This document shows, piece by piece, positions 25,028 through 35,699 of a stretch of DNA of 37,455 nt. Numbering within the stretch: the first letter of the stretch is position 1; every line of letters starts with the position of its first letter. A model generated the notes under the pieces. It made no database searches. It was not told where the DNA came from and was given only the letters and a program-made list of their open reading frames with translations. Both the position numbers and the translations under genes were made by a program. Source of the DNA: Deltaproteobacteria bacterium (lineage in GTDB: Bacteria; Desulfobacterota; SM23-61); NCBI GenBank assembly GCA_026388915.1, contig JAPLIW010000744.1:1-37455 (forward strand), in the 5' to 3' direction.

Positions 25028-25061
25028 TTTATTCACAGGTGTTTATAAGGCTGTGAATAAA
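25028..25061. promoter_or_regulatory. inverted pair of DnaA boxes (TTATTCACA, which fits TTATNCACA)
   Basis: TTTATTCACAG at 25028-25038 and CTGTGAATAAA at 25051-25061 form a perfect 11-bp inverted repeat with a 12-bp spacer, about 40 nt upstream of the dnaA ATG. Confidence 0.6.
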
Positions 25062-25098
25062 ACCATGCCTGGGCATTCGTTTTTTCGAGGGCAAGTCT

Positions 25099-26433
25099 AT
25101 GAAAGAAAAATGGAATAAGGTCTTATCCGATGTGGGGGAAAAGATCAGCCAGAAGGCTTTCGATATCTGGCTGAAACCCATAAAGGTGTTAACCCTGAGT
25201 GAAAGCCAGATCGAACTGGAGGTGCCCAATAAGTTTTTCAAGGACTGGATCTCGGAGAACTACCAGAATTTGATCCGTGATTCCTTATTCCATCTTACCA
25301 ACCAGCAGTACACGATCCATTTTGTAATCAAAGAGGTTTCCGACGAGAAAGTGGAAAAGCCCAGGCCGACGGAACGAATTCCGCCTCATCGGCCGGTGAG
25401 ACATACCATCAAAGAGGACGGCCTCAACCCCAACTACACTTTTGATGCCTTCGTGGTCGGGTCCTGCAATCAATTTGCCCATGCCGCCGCCTTGGCCGTG
25501 GCCAACCTTCCGGCCAAGAATTACAATCCTTTCTTTATCTACGGCGGTGTGGGACTGGGAAAGACCCACCTCATCAATGCTATCGGAAACCAGATTCTGG
25601 AGAGCGATCCTTCGGCTAACATCTGTTACCTCTCTTCCGAAAAATTCACCAATGAATTGATCAACTGCCTGCGGTACGAGAAAATGACTGATTTCCGGAA
25701 TAAATACCGCAATAAAGATGCCCTTTTGCTGGATGATGTTCAATTCCTGGGGGGCAAGGAAAGAACCCAGGAAGAATTCTTTCACACCTTCAACTCCCTC
25801 TATGAATCCCACCGGCAGATCGTAATTACCAGCGATAAGCTGCCCAAGGAAATACCCGGATTGGAGGAAAGACTCCGCTCCCGCATCAGTTGGGGCTTGA
25901 TTGCCGACATTCAACCTCCGGACATTGAAACCAAGGTGGCCATTCTCTGCAAGAAAGCGGAACTTTTCAATATTTCCCTTTCCAACGAAGTGGGCCTCTT
26001 CCTGGCTTCCAATCTGGGAACCAATGTCCGGGAGTTGGAAGGGGCGCTGACCCGCCTGCGGGCTTATTCCTCCCTGACGGGAAGTGATATCAACGAGGCC
26101 ATGGCCAGAGAGACCCTGAAGGACATTCTGAGCGATCGTCATAAGATGATCAGCATCGACAACATCCAGAAAAACGTGGCCTCTTTCTACAATATTTCCA
26201 TCTCTGACCTTAAATCCTCCAAAAAACTGAAGATTTATGCCCTTCCCCGCCAGGTCGCCATGTATCTCTGTCGCACCATGACCAAATCTTCCTTTCCGGA
26301 AATCGGCGAAAAATTCGGCGGCAAGGATCATTCCACGGTCATTCATGCCGTCCGGCAGACCGAAAAGAGGTTGAATGAAGACCGCGAACTGAAGAACATC
26401 ATCGACACGCTGAAGAACCAGCTGCAGAAGTGA
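25099..26433 (+). CDS. dnaA: chromosomal replication initiator protein DnaA
   Basis: 444 aa. Walker A GGVGLGKTHL. C-terminal DNA-binding domain ...GGKDHSTVIHA. Confidence 0.97.
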   Translation: MKEKWNKVLSDVGEKISQKAFDIWLKPIKVLTLSESQIELEVPNKFFKDWISENYQNLIRDSLFHLTNQQYTIHFVIKEVSDEKVEKPRPTERIPPHRPVRHTIKEDGLNPNYTFDAFVVGSCNQFAHAAALAVANLPAKNYNPFFIYGGVGLGKTHLINAIGNQILESDPSANICYLSSEKFTNELINCLRYEKMTDFRNKYRNKDALLLDDVQFLGGKERTQEEFFHTFNSLYESHRQIVITSDKLPKEIPGLEERLRSRISWGLIADIQPPDIETKVAILCKKAELFNISLSNEVGLFLASNLGTNVRELEGALTRLRAYSSLTGSDINEAMARETLKDILSDRHKMISIDNIQKNVASFYNISISDLKSSKKLKIYALPRQVAMYLCRTMTKSSFPEIGEKFGGKDHSTVIHAVRQTEKRLNEDRELKNIIDTLKNQLQK

Positions 26434-26656
26434 TGGATTTCCCTGTGGGTGAAATGGGGATTCAATGATTCTATTCTTGGCAACTGAAAATAACCTCTTT
26501 TTTTCCACCTATATTAAGGATTTATTCCACCCCTTAAATAAATTAAACTATTTGAAATTGATCAAATTTTTTTATATAATCGATTTATGAACAGGCCCTA
26601 CTAATACTACTAATAATTAATAATTAATATAAGTATTAATAATAGGGAGACTCAGC
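26434..26656. other. candidate oriC segment / DNA-unwinding element in the dnaA-dnaN spacer
   Basis: 223-bp spacer. Degenerate boxes are TGTGGGTGA (26444-26452), TTTTCCACC (26501-26509) and TATTCCACC (26523-26531). About 100 bp of near-pure AT follow (26536-26640) with TACTAATA/TTAATAA reiterations. Confidence 0.55.
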
Positions 26657-27772
26657 ATGGAATTTTTGATCGACAAGGAAGAGTTTGCCAGAGGTCTCTT
26701 TCGTTCCCAGAGTGTGGTGGAGAAAAAAGGAACCATGCCCATTCTTCTGAATGTTCTCATCGAGACCAAAGAAAACGGCATATCGATTACCGCCACGGAC
26801 CTGGAAATCGGAATCAAAGGCTTCTATACCGCGAATATCAAAAAGCCGGGGAGCACAACGCTGTCCGCTAAAAAACTCTATGAGGTGGTGAAGGAGCTTC
26901 CGGAAAAAGAGGTATTCTTCCGCCTGAAAGAGAATCAATGGGTGGAGATCAGCAGCGGAAAATCCCAGTTCACCATCATGGGGATTTCGGCTGAAACCTT
27001 CCCTTCCTTTCCCGCCTATGAAGAAGAAGATTTCATCTCCCTCGAATCCTCCCTGCTGAGAGAAATGATCGATAAAACCATCTTTGCGGTTTCCAACGAC
27101 GAGTCGCGATACAACCTGACGGGGGTTTTCTTCACTCGGAGGGAGAGTGAAGCGGACAAAATCCTGCGCATGGTGGCCACGGACGGGTATCGTCTATCCC
27201 TCATCGATCGGCCGATGAAGATGGAGATTGAGGGGCTGGAGAAGGGAATCCTTCTCCCCAAGAAAGGGCTGAGTGAACTGACCCGCCTGCTGGAGGAAGA
27301 GGGAAATCAGGTCTGGGTGAAGATGAAGAGCAATAATTTCATCGTCAAGAAGGACCCGGTGGTCCTGATCATGCGCCTTCTGGATGCGGAATTCCCGGAT
27401 TATCAGCAAGTCATCCCGTCGCAGACCAAACGCTTCATTCGCATGAAGAGAAGTCAAATTCTGGAATCTCTCAAGCGCGTCTCCATTCTTTCGAGTGAGA
27501 AAACCAAAGGAGTCAAATTCCATTTCGCCGAAGGCCTGCTGGAGCTTTCCTCCTACAACCCGGACTTCGGCGAAGCCAAGGAAGAATTTTCCGTGGATTA
27601 CAAGGGAGAGGATTTGACCGTCGGGTTCAATTACCGCTTCGTCCTGGAAGTCTTGAATATCCTGACCAGCGATGAGATCCTCTTTGAATTGGAGGACGCG
27701 GCCAGCCCGGCGATTATTCGCCCGGCCAACGATACCCAGCATACCTGCGTGGTCATGCCCATGAGAATTTAA
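26657..27772 (+). CDS. dnaN: DNA polymerase III beta sliding clamp
   Basis: 371 aa. MEFLIDKEEFARGL...PILLNVLIE...ATDGYRLS...MPMRI. Confidence 0.97.
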   Translation: MEFLIDKEEFARGLFRSQSVVEKKGTMPILLNVLIETKENGISITATDLEIGIKGFYTANIKKPGSTTLSAKKLYEVVKELPEKEVFFRLKENQWVEISSGKSQFTIMGISAETFPSFPAYEEEDFISLESSLLREMIDKTIFAVSNDESRYNLTGVFFTRRESEADKILRMVATDGYRLSLIDRPMKMEIEGLEKGILLPKKGLSELTRLLEEEGNQVWVKMKSNNFIVKKDPVVLIMRLLDAEFPDYQQVIPSQTKRFIRMKRSQILESLKRVSILSSEKTKGVKFHFAEGLLELSSYNPDFGEAKEEFSVDYKGEDLTVGFNYRFVLEVLNILTSDEILFELEDAASPAIIRPANDTQHTCVVMPMRI

Positions 27773-30241
<2,469 letters not shown>

Positions 30242-30268
30242 CGGAAAAAATCCAAATTTGAAAATCCG

Positions 30269-30301
30269 AAGTTCAAGAATGAACTTTGAACTTTGAACTT
30301 T
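30269..30301 (+). repeat. hairpin plus (GAACTTT)x3 heptamer tandem repeat in the gyrB-gyrA spacer
   Basis: AAGTTCA (30269-30275), AGAA, TGAACTT (30280-30286). GAACTTT at 30281-30287, 30288-30294 and 30295-30301, then TT and the SD AAGAGGA. Confidence 0.8.
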
Positions 30302-30315
30302 TTAAGAGGATTTGT

Positions 30316-32820
30316 ATGTCTTCCCACCCCGGAATAAACCAGTTGCCGGTCAAGCTCGAAGAAGAGATGCAGAAGTCCTACATGGACTACGCCATGTCGG
30401 TCATCATCGGCCGGGCCCTGCCCGATGCGCGGGACGGACTGAAGCCCGTTCACCGACGGGTTCTGTTCGCCATGCACGAGCTCTCCAACGACTGGAACAA
30501 GCCCTTCAAAAAGTCAGCCCGCATCGTGGGAGACGTGATCGGTAAATATCACCCCCACGGGGACGTGGCGGTGTATGACACGCTGGTGCGCATGGCCCAG
30601 GATTTTTCCCTCCGCTATCCCCTGGTGAACGGCCAGGGGAACTTCGGTTCCATCGACGGCGACCCGCCGGCGGCCATGCGGTATACCGAAGTGCGCATGG
30701 CCCGCCTGGCCCACGAGCTGCTGGCGGACCTCGACAAGCAGACGGTGGACTTTGCTCCCAACTATGACGGCTCCATGAACGAGCCCACGATCCTTCCGGC
30801 CAAGATCCCCAACCTGTTGATCAACGGCTCTTCGGGGATCGCCGTGGGCATGGCCACCAACATCCCCCCGCACAACCTGAAGGAAGTGATCGAGGCCACC
30901 ATCGCGGTCATTCAAAACCCGGACATCTCCGTGGAGGATTTGATCCGCATCATTCCCGGGCCGGACTTCCCCACGGGGGGTTTCATCCTGGGACGGGGCG
31001 GGATCCGGGAGGCCTACCTCACGGGAAAAGGGATGGTCCAGATGCGGGCCCGGGCGCTGATCGAGAGGCAGAAACGGACCGACCGGGAGTCCATCGTGGT
31101 CACCGAGATCCCCTATCAGGTCAACAAGGCCAAACTGCTGGAGCGCATTGCCGAGCTGGTCCAGGCCAAGAGAGTCGAGGGGATCGCCGACCTGCGGGAC
31201 GAGTCGGACCGGGAGGGAATGCGGGTGGTCATCGAGCTCAAGCGCGATGCCGTGGCCCAGGTGATTCTGAACCAGCTCTTCAAGCACACCCAGATGCAGG
31301 CCACCTTCGGGGTCATGCTCCTGGCCATCGTGCGGGGACAGCCCCAGCTTCTCAACCTGAAGGAGCTGGTGGAGCAGTTCATCCTCCACCGCAAAGAGGT
31401 GGTCACCCGCCGCAGCCAGTTCGAGCTGGCCAAGGCCGAAGCCCAGGCCCACATCCTGGAAGGCCTGAAAATCGCCCTGGACAACCTGGACCGGGTCATC
31501 GCCCTCATCCGCGCCTCCAAGGCCCCCAAGGACGCCAAGGAAGGTCTCATGGCCAAGTTCTCCCTCTCCGAGGTCCAGGCCCAGGCCATTCTGGACATGC
31601 GCCTGCAGCGCCTGACCAACCTGGAGCGGGAGAAGATCAACGAAGAATACGCCGAGGTGATCAAGCTCATCGCCCGGCTGAGGGAAATCCTGGGCAACGA
31701 GCGGCTTCTCCTCAATGTGATCATGGAAGAGCTCCGGGAGATCAACGAGCGCTACGGAGACGAACGGCGCACCGAGATCATCGAAGAAGTCCAGGAGCTC
31801 AAGCTCGAAGACCTCATCGTGGAAGAAGACATGGTGGTCACCATCAGCCACACGGGGTACATCAAGCGCAACGCCATCAGCCTGTACCGCAGCCAGAAAA
31901 GGGGCGGGCGGGGCAAGATGGGAATGACCACCAAAGAAGAGGACTTCGTCGAGCATCTCTTCATCGCCTCCACCCTCAGCTACATCCTCTTCTTCACCGA
32001 CGCGGGAAAGGTGTACTGGCTCAAGGTCCATGAAGTGCCCCAGGCCGGCCGCATGACCCGCGGCAAGGCCATCGTCAACCTCCTGAACCTAGAGGGGAAC
32101 GAGAAGATCACCGCCATCCTTCCGGTGCGGGCCTTCGAGGAAGGGAAGTATGTGCTGATGGCCACCAAACAGGGGGTCATCAAAAAGACCGACCTCATGT
32201 CCTACAGCCACCCCCGGGCCGGGGGCATCATCGCGCTGACCCTGGACGATAAAGACCAGCTCATCTCCGGCTGCCTGACCGACGGGACCAAGGAAATCCT
32301 GCTGAGTTCGCGGGAAGGGAAGGCCATTCATTTCGTGGAAGACGATGTGCGAGACATGGGGCGCACCGCCCGCGGGGTGAAAGGGATCACCCTGGGGAAG
32401 AACGACTTCCTGGTTTCCATGGACATCCTTTCCCCGGGGACCGTGGGATCTTCCATCCTGTCGGTGACCGAAAACGGATTCGGGAAGCGCTCCCCTATCG
32501 AGGATTATCGCCTCCAGAGCCGCGGCGGGAAAGGGATCATCACCATGAAGACCACGGCGCGCAACGGGAAACTGGTGGGCACCCAGCAGATCACCGACCA
32601 GGATGAAGTCATGCTCATCACCGACGGGGGGAAGATCATCCGCCTGCGGTGTGGGGAGATCCGCCTGAGCAGCCGCAACACCCAGGGGGTCAAGCTCATC
32701 GAGCGGGAGTCCGGGGAAAGAGTGATGGCCGTGGCCCGCCTGGCGGAGCGGGAAGAGGAAGGAAACGGCCAGGAAGCGGAAGAAGCCCCCGAAGAAACCC
32801 CCTCCGAAATTGACGCCTGA
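30316..32820 (+). CDS. gyrA: DNA gyrase subunit A
   Basis: ATG 30316 lies 5 nt after [31 protein letters not shown]. Acidic C-terminal tail. The track start at 30286 (TTG) lies inside the heptamer repeat. Confidence 0.97.
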   Translation: MSSHPGINQLPVKLEEEMQKSYMDYAMSVIIGRALPDARDGLKPVHRRVLFAMHELSNDWNKPFKKSARIVGDVIGKYHPHGDVAVYDTLVRMAQDFSLRYPLVNGQGNFGSIDGDPPAAMRYTEVRMARLAHELLADLDKQTVDFAPNYDGSMNEPTILPAKIPNLLINGSSGIAVGMATNIPPHNLKEVIEATIAVIQNPDISVEDLIRIIPGPDFPTGGFILGRGGIREAYLTGKGMVQMRARALIERQKRTDRESIVVTEIPYQVNKAKLLERIAELVQAKRVEGIADLRDESDREGMRVVIELKRDAVAQVILNQLFKHTQMQATFGVMLLAIVRGQPQLLNLKELVEQFILHRKEVVTRRSQFELAKAEAQAHILEGLKIALDNLDRVIALIRASKAPKDAKEGLMAKFSLSEVQAQAILDMRLQRLTNLEREKINEEYAEVIKLIARLREILGNERLLLNVIMEELREINERYGDERRTEIIEEVQELKLEDLIVEEDMVVTISHTGYIKRNAISLYRSQKRGGRGKMGMTTKEEDFVEHLFIASTLSYILFFTDAGKVYWLKVHEVPQAGRMTRGKAIVNLLNLEGNEKITAILPVRAFEEGKYVLMATKQGVIKKTDLMSYSHPRAGGIIALTLDDKDQLISGCLTDGTKEILLSSREGKAIHFVEDDVRDMGRTARGVKGITLGKNDFLVSMDILSPGTVGSSILSVTENGFGKRSPIEDYRLQSRGGKGIITMKTTARNGKLVGTQQITDQDEVMLITDGGKIIRLRCGEIRLSSRNTQGVKLIERESGERVMAVARLAEREEEGNGQEAEEAPEETPSEIDA

Positions 32821-32860
32821 TTACCGTCTTGCGAATCCGTTACCTTCGGGAGAGATCCGC

Positions 32861-33505
32861 CTATTTTGCCGTCGGGGGAGAAACGGGATGGAGACCCTCC
32901 AGTAATCGGTCGGCGAGCTTCCGGCTGTAGGTCCCGGCGGAATCGCTGGAGGCCCGTATGGTTCCTTCAGACATCCATACCAGATCGCCTTTTCCCGACT
33001 CGAAGATGCGCAGAATCAGACGGATCTGGGAACTTCCGCGAAAATAAGTAGGAAGGAGCAGAGCGGTGTAGGAATCGCCGTCAAAAGCTTCGATGGATTG
33101 ACTTCCCAGGTGGGATTTCTGCACCTTGTATTCGGGAAGGGTTCCAAACATCAAGAGCTTGGCCTTTAAGCGCTCGCCAATCTTTATCCGGGAATCCCGG
33201 TCAGAAAGGAGGAGAAGGGGGTTCAGCTTCATTTCCTCAAGGGCCTCCGAGACCTCCGCTTCCTTCACCAGGGTGTATCCCTTTTTTTCCAGGGAATCCC
33301 GGAGGAAGGGATAAAGCTCGGCACCAGGATCCGTCGAGCCGGGGGGCGCAGGGAGTGGAAGAAGGGCCACCGGCTGGTATTCTTTGGGGTCCATTTTAAG
33401 GGACACCGCCGGCTCCAGGGTTACCCGGTAAAAACAGCCCCAGGGCGAGCTGAAGAGGAGAAGGGTCAGGAGCAGGTACGAAATTCGGCCGGCCAATACT
33501 CTCAA
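32861..33505 (-). CDS. hypothetical exported protein or lipoprotein (possibly LpoB/DUF799-like)
   Basis: 214 aa. TTG start. Hydrophobic N-terminus ISYLLLTLLLFSSPWGC. The family assignment is only a guess. Confidence 0.45.
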   Translation of the reverse strand: MRVLAGRISYLLLTLLLFSSPWGCFYRVTLEPAVSLKMDPKEYQPVALLPLPAPPGSTDPGAELYPFLRDSLEKKGYTLVKEAEVSEALEEMKLNPLLLLSDRDSRIKIGERLKAKLLMFGTLPEYKVQKSHLGSQSIEAFDGDSYTALLLPTYFRGSSQIRLILRIFESGKGDLVWMSEGTIRASSDSAGTYSRKLADRLLEGLHPVSPPTAK

Positions 33506-33613
33506 AGGCTTGCTCCTTGGGCAAAAATTAGATAAAATAGAATTCCGGTTTTTTGGACCCCGAGATTATTAGACCGCACAAAGGGGATCCTGTCAAGGGA
33601 GCGGAAATCGGTC

Positions 33614-33976
33614 ATGCCTATTTATGAGTACCTTTGCCGGGATTGCGGAAAGGTTTCCAGTTACCTGGTCATGAATCTGCGCGAGCCCCACCGCCCGCAG
33701 TGCAAGCGCTGCCAGAGCGGAAAGATGACCCGCCTCATCTCGCGGGTGGCCCGGGTTCGCTCCGAAGAAAGCCGCCTGGAATCCCTGGCGGACCCCAGCA
33801 AATTGGGGGGTCTGGACGAAAACGACCCGGCCAGCATGGCCCGCTGGATGAAGCGGATGGGAAAAGAGATGGGGGAAGATCTGGGCGAGGACGTGGATTC
33901 TATGGTCGATCAGGCCATGGAAGTAGAGATGGCGGGCATAGTAGAGGAGTCGGGGAGCTATGATGAAGAGCTATAA
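33614..33976 (+). CDS. FmdB-family zinc-ribbon protein
   Basis: MPIYEYLCRDCGKV...CKRCQSGKMTRLISRV signature. Acidic C-terminal half. Confidence 0.8.
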   Translation: MPIYEYLCRDCGKVSSYLVMNLREPHRPQCKRCQSGKMTRLISRVARVRSEESRLESLADPSKLGGLDENDPASMARWMKRMGKEMGEDLGEDVDSMVDQAMEVEMAGIVEESGSYDEEL

Positions 33977-34057
33977 ACACAATCGGATCATTTCAAGAAG
34001 GAAACGACTTATTTCTTGATTTCTGAAAGATTTGGAGAGACCCTAGAGAGAGGAAAT

Positions 34058-34327
34058 ATGCCCATCGCCGGAAACCCGAAAAAGCTGGCCCAGGACGTGG
34101 CCCATGGATTTCAGCAGTTCAACCAGGCTTCTCTCCGTCAATACACGGTCGAGGACCTGAGAGTGATTCTCTTCAATCTCAATTTTGTTCTCCGGGAGCT
34201 GCGGGGCAAACAGATTCCCCTGGAGGACATTGAAGGGCTCAAGGACAAAAACAACAATCTGCGACGAATCAATCAAGCCATCAACATCATCCAGTCTTTT
34301 GCCGCCACCAAAGGCCTCAAGATTTAG
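34058..34327 (+). CDS. hypothetical small protein (89 aa)
   Basis: ATG 34058 follows GAGAGAGGAAAT. I recognise no family. The track ORF starts at TTG 34016. Confidence 0.4.
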   Translation: MPIAGNPKKLAQDVAHGFQQFNQASLRQYTVEDLRVILFNLNFVLRELRGKQIPLEDIEGLKDKNNNLRRINQAINIIQSFAATKGLKI

Positions 34328-34379
34328 TCCCTCGCCCCTCCCCGCGTCCTTTTCAATCTTTTTCCTTTGGGTTTCTTTC

Positions 34380-34575
34380 TGATATAAAATCTGTGTTCAT
34401 CTGTGCCACTGTTGGTTAAAGGCTTTAATTTTTTTAGGATTTTTTATTGAATCTTTATCCGCGTTTATCCGCGTTCATCCGCGTCCCTTTCTGTCTTTTG
34501 TCTTTAAGTCTTTTGCGAATATAAAATCTGTGTTTATCTGTGTTCATCTGTGTCCGACTAGGTTTTTAATTATCC
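34380..34575. repeat. composite intergenic repeat, copy 2 (one half-copy plus one full copy)
   Basis: Half copy is TATAAA (34383-34388) followed by ATCTGTGTTC and ATCTGTGCC (34389-34407). Full copy is (TTTATCCGCG)x2 plus TTCATCCGCG (34454-34483), TATAAA (34520-34525), then ATCTGTGTTT/ATCTGTGTTC/ATCTGTGTCC (34526-34555), then CTAGGTTTTT. Confidence 0.9.
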
Positions 34576-34688
34576 TCTGAGCGCTTTCCCGCCTGCTGCA
34601 AGCGAATGAAAAAACCCTCTGGAGATAACTCCGGGTCCGTCCCGGGAGCGCACCTGATTCAGCAGTCAAGGGACCGCTAATCCCTACC

Positions 34689-34717
34689 TTGACAGTCGGC
34701 AAAGAAATGATTAACTT
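34689..34717 (+). promoter_or_regulatory. sigma70-type promoter TTGACA-17-TAACTT upstream of hsp20
   Basis: TTGACA at 34689-34694, a 17-nt spacer, TAACTT at 34712-34717. About 50 nt of leader follow. Confidence 0.4.
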
Positions 34718-34773
34718 TTTTCTGAAAGGCAGGTAAAAAGCCTTATTTCCTCTGGAAAAAAGGAGGTAGCAAT

Positions 34774-35238
34774 ATGAACAGCCTGGTAAGATGGAGACCG
34801 ATGGAGGAGTTGATTCCCCAGGGCTTTTTCCATGGCTTCTGGGATGAAGAGGTTTGGGATGTTTTCGAAAACCTATTTGAATCTAAGGAGTTAGAGAAGT
34901 ATAACTGGGCCCCTAAAGTCGAGAGTTATCGCCAGAATGGAACCTATGTCATCAAGGCCGATCTTCCCGGAGTGGAAGCCAAAGATATTCATGTGGAATT
35001 GGAGAACGGATGCCTCACCCTTAAAGGCGAGCGGAAGATGGACAAGAAAAGCAAAGACAAGAAGGTGGACCGGAGAGAGGTATTCTACGGTTCCTTCGAG
35101 CGCTCCATGCCCGTTCCGGAGAATCTGAAGGCGGAAGAGATCAAAGCGAAGTACCATGACGGGGTGCTGGAAATCACCATCCCCGTAGAGGAAAAAGCCC
35201 CACCCAAGAAGATTGAGGTGGAGGAAGCAACCCACTAA
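34774..35238 (+). CDS. hsp20: Hsp20/alpha-crystallin family small heat-shock protein
   Basis: 154 aa. WAPKVESYRQNGTYVIKADLPGVEAKDIHVELENGCLTLKGER...KAKYHDGVLEITIP. AAGGAGG SD. Confidence 0.95.
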   Translation: MNSLVRWRPMEELIPQGFFHGFWDEEVWDVFENLFESKELEKYNWAPKVESYRQNGTYVIKADLPGVEAKDIHVELENGCLTLKGERKMDKKSKDKKVDRREVFYGSFERSMPVPENLKAEEIKAKYHDGVLEITIPVEEKAPPKKIEVEEATH

Positions 35239-35263
35239 ACTCTTTTAGGCTGAAATTCCCACC

Positions 35264-35295
35264 AGGCCGGGGGTCAAACCCGGCCTTTTTCTTTT
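35264..35295 (+). terminator. Rho-independent terminator of hsp20
   Basis: 8-bp GC-rich stem AGGCCGGG (35264-35271) / CCCGGCCT (35279-35286), 7-nt loop, then TTTTCTTTT. Confidence 0.8.
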
Positions 35296-35421
35296 ATAGG
35301 GACCAGAAGAATCGCTTGTGCTTTTTGGCCTGGAAAAGATCCTTCGATCCTATACGAGGCACCTCATCGGAAGCCTGCCGCACCCTCCAAGGATTTCCCC
35401 CATTTTCCTCCTAAAATTTCC

Positions 35422-35450
35422 TTGACAAAACTTTTCACCTTGCTCATATT
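35422..35450 (+). promoter_or_regulatory. sigma70-type promoter TTGACA-17-CATATT preceding a roughly 255-nt leader
   Basis: TTGACA at 35422-35427, a 17-nt spacer, CATATT at 35445-35450. Confidence 0.4.
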
Positions 35451-35699
35451 GCCTTTGGAGGAATTGTTCATTTTCTTTAAGGGACGCCCAAGGGGAATGA
35501 GGATGGACCCAAGGAACCGCCCGAGAAGACCGATAGGACTCTCCGGAGAAAGGGGGTGATTCTCCCGTCCATGGAAGTCCGAAAAGATCTCACCAAAATC
35601 CTCGGTGGCATTCGATTTTTACCCGATCAAAATCCGGGTACGGTCAGGCCGTTTCTGCCAGAGATGGGCTATCCATCGAAATATTAACTTTCCCAGAAG

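Noticed and set aside
35350-35403. 17-codon minus-strand ORF (MGEILGGCGRLPMRCLV) with a perfect AGGAGG 4 nt upstream
   Set aside because: It is too short to evaluate. I could find no convincing promoter or terminator on that strand, and the AGGAGG may be coincidental in a purine/pyrimidine-skewed spacer. It is worth a look only if Ribo-seq data exist.
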